Translations under genes and position numbers: made by a program
Source of the DNA: Peribolospora baueri
Taxonomy: Eukaryota
Assembly: GCA_029717555.1 (NCBI GenBank)
Contig: JAMDHS010000003.1
Location: 248,001-312,000, forward strand
Direction: 5' to 3'
DNA length: 64,000 nucleotides
Notes under the pieces: model-generated
What the model was told of the DNA's origin: nothing
The model's database searches: none
What the model saw: the letters and a program-made list of their open reading frames with translations, nothing else
Shown here: positions 59,134 to 64,000 of the stretch, in pieces
Numbering within the stretch: the stretch's first letter is position 1
Layout of the letters: the number at the start of each line of letters is the position of its first letter

Positions 59134-61855
59134 CTACGACACAGGACTCGTGAATGGCCCCTCAAACAACGAATATGGGTCGAATGACCGGAAAATCAGC
59201 CGAGCAGTCGCTCGACTAGACCGCTCGCGAGTCGATCTAGGAGCGGGTAGAAGGGCAGGCAAGCGGCGGCGTCGAGAAATAGGGCGTCGAGGCCTATCCA
59301 GTACGTGGGTCGGAGGTGCCTGTTCGGTTCGAGGGAGGGGAGGGGTGAAACGATGACGCACGGGGAGGGAGGAATCATCGAGGTTGAGCAGGGCATGCAC
59401 AGCCTGGTGGCGCGCGCTCGCGCGCTCCTACTCGAGAGCCGGGACCCGGCTCACCGATCGGAAAGGGCCCTCTGGACGCCGCGGAACAGGTCTCGTTCGC
59501 TTGACAAAAAGGACGACAGCAGCAAGCTGGAGCGGCGGTAGATTACGAGTTGACGGACGCGACGGCGGGACATGGCTTGTGGTCATCACAAACGAAGAAG
59601 AGGAAGATGGGTGGTGGGACGGTGAACTGCGAGGGTCTCGGGTCACTTCGCTCCGAAGCTGACGATTGATGCCGAGAATATCGCTACGCTCGTTACTCAC
59701 CGGCCGATGCGATCAACGCGCCGTTCGAGTCGGGAGATAGGATCGACCTTGGCGAGCAACGTTCAACCAGAAAGGCCGAGGACGAGCGAAGAGGGAAGCG
59801 AGCAAGGCAAATGTCAGCGGTGTACCCATCCTTGATCCGCCGTTTGTCAGTCCGTCGCCAGTATCCATAGCGGCGAACGAGCGACTCTTTCCCTCGCTCT
59901 AGGCTGCTCTTCCACAGGCGTACCTTTCACCAGACAAGAGCTCTGCCTCGTCAGCCGGCCAGAGCGTGGCCTTGCCCCTATGGAGGTGCAGCCGAGGATC
60001 CGTGGAAGAGGTTTGGGGAGACGGTCGAGATGGCGTCCTTGTCGCCTCGAAGGGCGAGCGGATCGATACGAGCGGGGACATCGCGCCTGGCGTGCAGGAC
60101 AACAGGGACATAGGAGCGACATCGTCAATGGAGACTGCGTGAGATGGAAGAAACATTCCCACCCAATCTGGCACAGCCTTCCTCATCCATCGCATGCTGG
60201 CGTTGGCTCAGATGAAGTTGAGAAGCGACACGAGGGAAAACCTGCCCAGATCACTCACCCACGCAGACAATTCCGACGTGCAGCTTTTCCGCCTTCTGCC
60301 CCATTCCCATATCAGTCCTCAGCTTCTCCAGCAAAACCCTCCTCGCCTGGGCTACCCACTCCAAGCTCCCTCCCAAGCCTCCTCCGCAATCCACGAGGCC
60401 GACAACCCTGCCACCATCGTCGAGAAGAGGACGATGCATTTCTTGGACGAGCGCGAGAGTGGAGTCGACCGTCGAAGCGAGGAGGGAATGAAGGTGCGAT
60501 GGGAGAGCCACGCTCAGAGGCGGCGAAGGGAGCCGAAAGACATGGCCGCCAAGGTCTTCAGAGGAAGGGGACGGAGAGGACGACACACCGGCCTCTCCAC
60601 GCCCATTTCTTGGCACACCGAGGCTGGCGGGCACGAGCATGAGCGCTGTCAAGCGCAGGTCATGAGTGGTGCAATAGGCACACACCGTCTGCCTTGTTCT
60701 TTGCCTGCCTTCCTCCTTCCTCACGTCGGCCACGATAGGAATGAGCGCCCCGATCAGCTTCTTCCTACGTCCACCGAGCCGAGGAGGAGAACGGAAGCCG
60801 AGGTTCAGATGCGGGGAGGAAAATAAAGGCGTAGGGGAGGGAGAGGTGGAAGGAGGGGACTCAGAGGAAGGGCGCAATAGGGCAGAGAGGAAGAGGTGGG
60901 AGACGGAGAGAGAGACGAGAGCTGGTACCACGAGCAGAGCCCTGAAGGCCGCAAACACCACGGCGAGTGCCATCGACGGTGACGCCGCCGATGGCACCGC
61001 TCGTCCACCGCCATCGCCACCATGAACCCCTTTCCCCTTCCCCAGGGCCCTTTCGCTGCCCTTTCTTCCTCGTACACCCCTTCCTTCGCCGAGAGCGAGC
61101 GTCAAAAACCTGTCCAAAAGCTCCAATCTCCCGTACCATCCTTTCACGAAACCCTCTTCCGCCTCTCCTCGCTCTCCACCTGCCTCTCGTGAAAGCGCTC
61201 GGTCTAGCTCAGAACGTTTGTCGGCCCAGCCGAGAAGCAGAGACGGAAGGAATTCTTCTCGGGGAAGGACAACGAGGACGGTGTAGGGTCTGGAAGAGGA
61301 GGAGGCGAGGTGGAGGGATAAAAACTGTAGAGCCGTGGCTGGTAGAGAAAGGGGCGGGAGGGGGGAAGAAAAGGAAAGGAAAGCAGAAGTGGTCAGCATG
61401 GGGGAATGTACAAGACCACATGGACGCAGATGTGCGAGTGAGAATGCGACGCGGCTCAGCTCACCGTCATCGCCGTCTCCGACGAGGACGATGGCCTCTC
61501 CCCTCCTCTTCCGTCCCTTCCCGCTTCGTTCGTCCTCCTCTCTCCCAATTTGGCCCTGCGCCTCTCCTCGTCCCTTTTCAATGTGCTTGGAAGAATCAAG
61601 AGCAAGCCAGAAGCATCCCGCGTTCCACACAGCAGAAAAGGCGGTATCGAGGAAGGATGAGGAGAGAGAGTGCGCGTAGCGGAGGAGGGGGACGAGTCGG
61701 CTGCAGAGAGAGCTTGAAAAGCGCGTGGTAGGGGGACGGAGAGGCGATGATGAGGAGGAAAAGGAGGAAGTGAGCGATGGGGAGGAAGCCGAGCGGCTCG
61801 CTAGTGCGGGTCGAGACGAGGCTGGGGAGGAGGAGGAAGGACGAGCGGAGGTCAT
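59134..61855 (-). CDS. Hypothetical membrane protein with remote short-chain-dehydrogenase-like segments, multi-exon
   Basis: Long ORF 60251..61927 (first ATG at 61855) with IVLVGDGDDG, LVQEMHRPLLDDGGRVVGLV and LRTDM..HVGIVCVG, ending at a GTGAGT donor. Downstream exons probably run to about 59134, with uncertain boundaries. Confidence 0.5.
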
Positions 61856-62183
61856 CGTTGTGCGCCGTACGCGGCGGGGGCGGACAGAAGGGTGCTTAAA
61901 ATGGCGTTCTTTCACGCGGGCATCCACAAAGGGGCCGCCGATGGCGTTGCCGCCTTCAGCGGGTTGACGCCCAGCAAATGGACGTGGAAAGAAGAAGGTG
62001 AAGAAGGACGGCGTTAATAGAGATGGACCTGGGCGATACCGGTGAAGGTTGGTTGCGACAACGGACGAGCGGGGTGGTCACAAAACCGACCGATCGTTTG
62101 CACGTGATATTCCATGGCAACTGATCGTCCATGATACGTCGTCCTTGCACGTACTGCCGTCACCACCACCACCGAGGCGGACC

Positions 62184-62990
62184 ATGGTTCCGGGCGGCAG
62201 CACGGCTTCATCATGCTCGCTACCCATCCTCTCCTCCCCCTTTCTCACCCTCCCCGTCCTTGACCGTGCCCTCGAGCAGCACCTCCTCCGTCCGGCCATC
62301 ACCCAAATTGTCGAGGCCGAGCCCGCGCCCCCATCTCAGCGCCCCGCACTGGCGTCGGAAGAGAACAGACTGGCGGCGGAAAGGGCGATCCAGCTGCTCA
62401 GCGCGAGACTCATCGTCCTCGAGTGTGACTTGCCTCGACCGGTTGCTACGCAACGAGAGCGACGAAGACCGAGACCGAGACCAAGATCGGACTCGCGCTG
62501 CCGCGGGGCAGGGGCAGAGAAGGAGGAAGAGGAAGCGGGCGATGAGGAGGAAGACGTGGACTGGCCCGCCATTTCTCAGATTCCTCTGACCCGCTACCGT
62601 CTCTCCCTCCTTCTCCTTGCCTTTCAAGAGCGGGAACGCGCAAAGGCCGAGCTCGAGCAGGCGCTTGCCTCCCTCGCCCCGTTCTCCAAGCCGGTCTTGG
62701 CGAATTTGAAAAAGAAGGAGAAGAAGGAAAGACCTCGCGTCAAGGATACGGGTGGGTCGGAGTCCGGGGAGGTTGTATTCGCACCACCAACGACGCCGAC
62801 CGTTGGGCGGCGGCCATTATCAGCCGGACAGAGAGAGCTTCTGACGCTGGAAGGGAAGATTCTGCGGTCGTTGGAGGTGGTGTGCGAGGCGATGGCGGGG
62901 AGGGCCAAGGGAAGCGAGGCGGAGAGGTATGGCAGGTGGGCAGAGGCACGTGCGGAAAGGTTAAGGGCGTCGAATGGCCCCGGCGGATGA
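62184..62990 (+). CDS. Hypothetical helical/charged protein
   Basis: ORF 62049..62990, first in-frame ATG at 62184. The composition is protein-like, and the gene is divergent from its neighbour with CACGTG at 62101. Confidence 0.6.
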   Translation: MVPGGSTASSCSLPILSSPFLTLPVLDRALEQHLLRPAITQIVEAEPAPPSQRPALASEENRLAAERAIQLLSARLIVLECDLPRPVATQRERRRPRPRPRSDSRCRGAGAEKEEEEAGDEEEDVDWPAISQIPLTRYRLSLLLLAFQERERAKAELEQALASLAPFSKPVLANLKKKEKKERPRVKDTGGSESGEVVFAPPTTPTVGRRPLSAGQRELLTLEGKILRSLEVVCEAMAGRAKGSEAERYGRWAEARAERLRASNGPGG

Positions 62991-63462
62991 CAGACGATGT
63001 CGAATGGATCGCCTGCAATCGCGTACGCGGTATGAGTGCGACGGTGCCGCGGCCTCCTGGGCTTGACCGCTTGCGAGCGGTCCTGTCCTCGCCACGTAAA
63101 GTGAACCCACCGATGTACGGGCCGCCGACTCTCCTATTGCTGGCGCTTCAAGCGAGCCAGCAAGCAAACGAGACAACTGGTTAGCCCCTTAGGGCGTGCT
63201 CGGAATTCTTCGCGGTGTGCGGACGAAGGGGAGAAATGCAGGCGGGCGCGGGCGTTATGACTACTGTACGATGCTTGCCCGTCAGCGATGAAAGGAGACG
63301 AAAACCAACGACGACAACATCGCGAAACACCAGGCCGACAAGACAGTCTGGACAGGTTCTGGTGGTGATGACGATGGGGGAATGGGAACGGAGACGGAAA
63401 AGAGGGAAAGGGGCGCGAGAAGTGTGGTTACGGTCGTGGTGAAGACGAGCAGCAGAGTCCAC

Positions 63463-63914
63463 TCAAACCTCGGCGATTCTGAGAAGCTTGAACCAAACAG
63501 GCTCCTTCCTTCCTTCCGGGTCTTCTCTCTCGGAAACCGACATCTCCTGCACCAAAAAAGTTGCTGCGCCGGTCGCCACGCCCATTCCTGCGCCGCCAAG
63601 AAGGAGGTTTGGGAGTCGAGCACGGCGGAGCAAGAGGGCAGGGGAGAGGACGGCGCCGAGGCAGGCTCCGATGAGGGTAAGGTCGTCTAGGCGGACCTGG
63701 TGGGGGTGAAGCGAGGTCCGAGGGTCAATTTGCCCACTCTCCTCTCAGTCTCCGCCCGGAGACTTGTCTCAGACTGATTCGAGTGAACTCACAACGTTCG
63801 GATCTCTCTTCAGTCTATGCACCTTGACGCCGACCGAAGAATCGTTCATGGACTGCAGCTTTGCCCAGCCGATACTCGCTGTGAGCGTCGCCGCCGTGAG
63901 GGGGCTGACCCAGC
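63463..63914 (-). CDS. 3' exons of a hypothetical Gly-rich membrane protein (5' end beyond the window)
   Basis: Spliced translation is LGQPLTAATLTASIGWAKLQSMNDSSVGVKVHRLKRDPNV|VRLDDLTLIGACLGAVLSPALLLRRARLPNLLLGGAGMGVATG...IAEV*, with canonical splice sites. Confidence 0.65.
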
Positions 63915-64000
63915 TGTTGGTCGTGAGATGGAGTGGGTTGAATCGAGATCATCATCAGTCGTTTATTGCACGTCAGCGCCGAGGCTTCTCATTGAACGAA

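Overview
This is a GC-rich, intron-rich, gene-dense eukaryotic window from a fungus. The protein families and splice signals (GTRAGT/GTGCGT donors, CTRAC branch points, YAG acceptors) point to a basidiomycete. It holds about 30 spliced protein-coding genes, mostly housekeeping and often in head-to-head pairs: an F-box-like protein, APT1, two SET-domain proteins, eIF1A, YIF1, MIM2, eIF4A, HEL2, STE14, a class I hydrophobin, NBP35, UBA2, CWC27, RIP1, MCU, an MDR enoyl reductase, a PKA-like kinase, cytochrome b561, CSM3/SWI3, NUC1, PDA1 and several hypotheticals. There is also an intron-containing tRNA-Val(CAC). The most unusual part is 5.8-7.3 kb. There a 967-bp Ty1/copia derivative (one LTR, PBS, truncated gag, then an inverted copy of gag forming a 111-bp-arm hairpin) has TG...CA ends and a 5-bp AAGTG target-site duplication. 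It is inserted exactly midway between two CACGTG boxes upstream of a SET-domain gene, beside a decayed Ty3/gypsy RT-integrase relic. Gene identities come from my own motif recognition with no database search, and many exon boundaries were inferred by eye.
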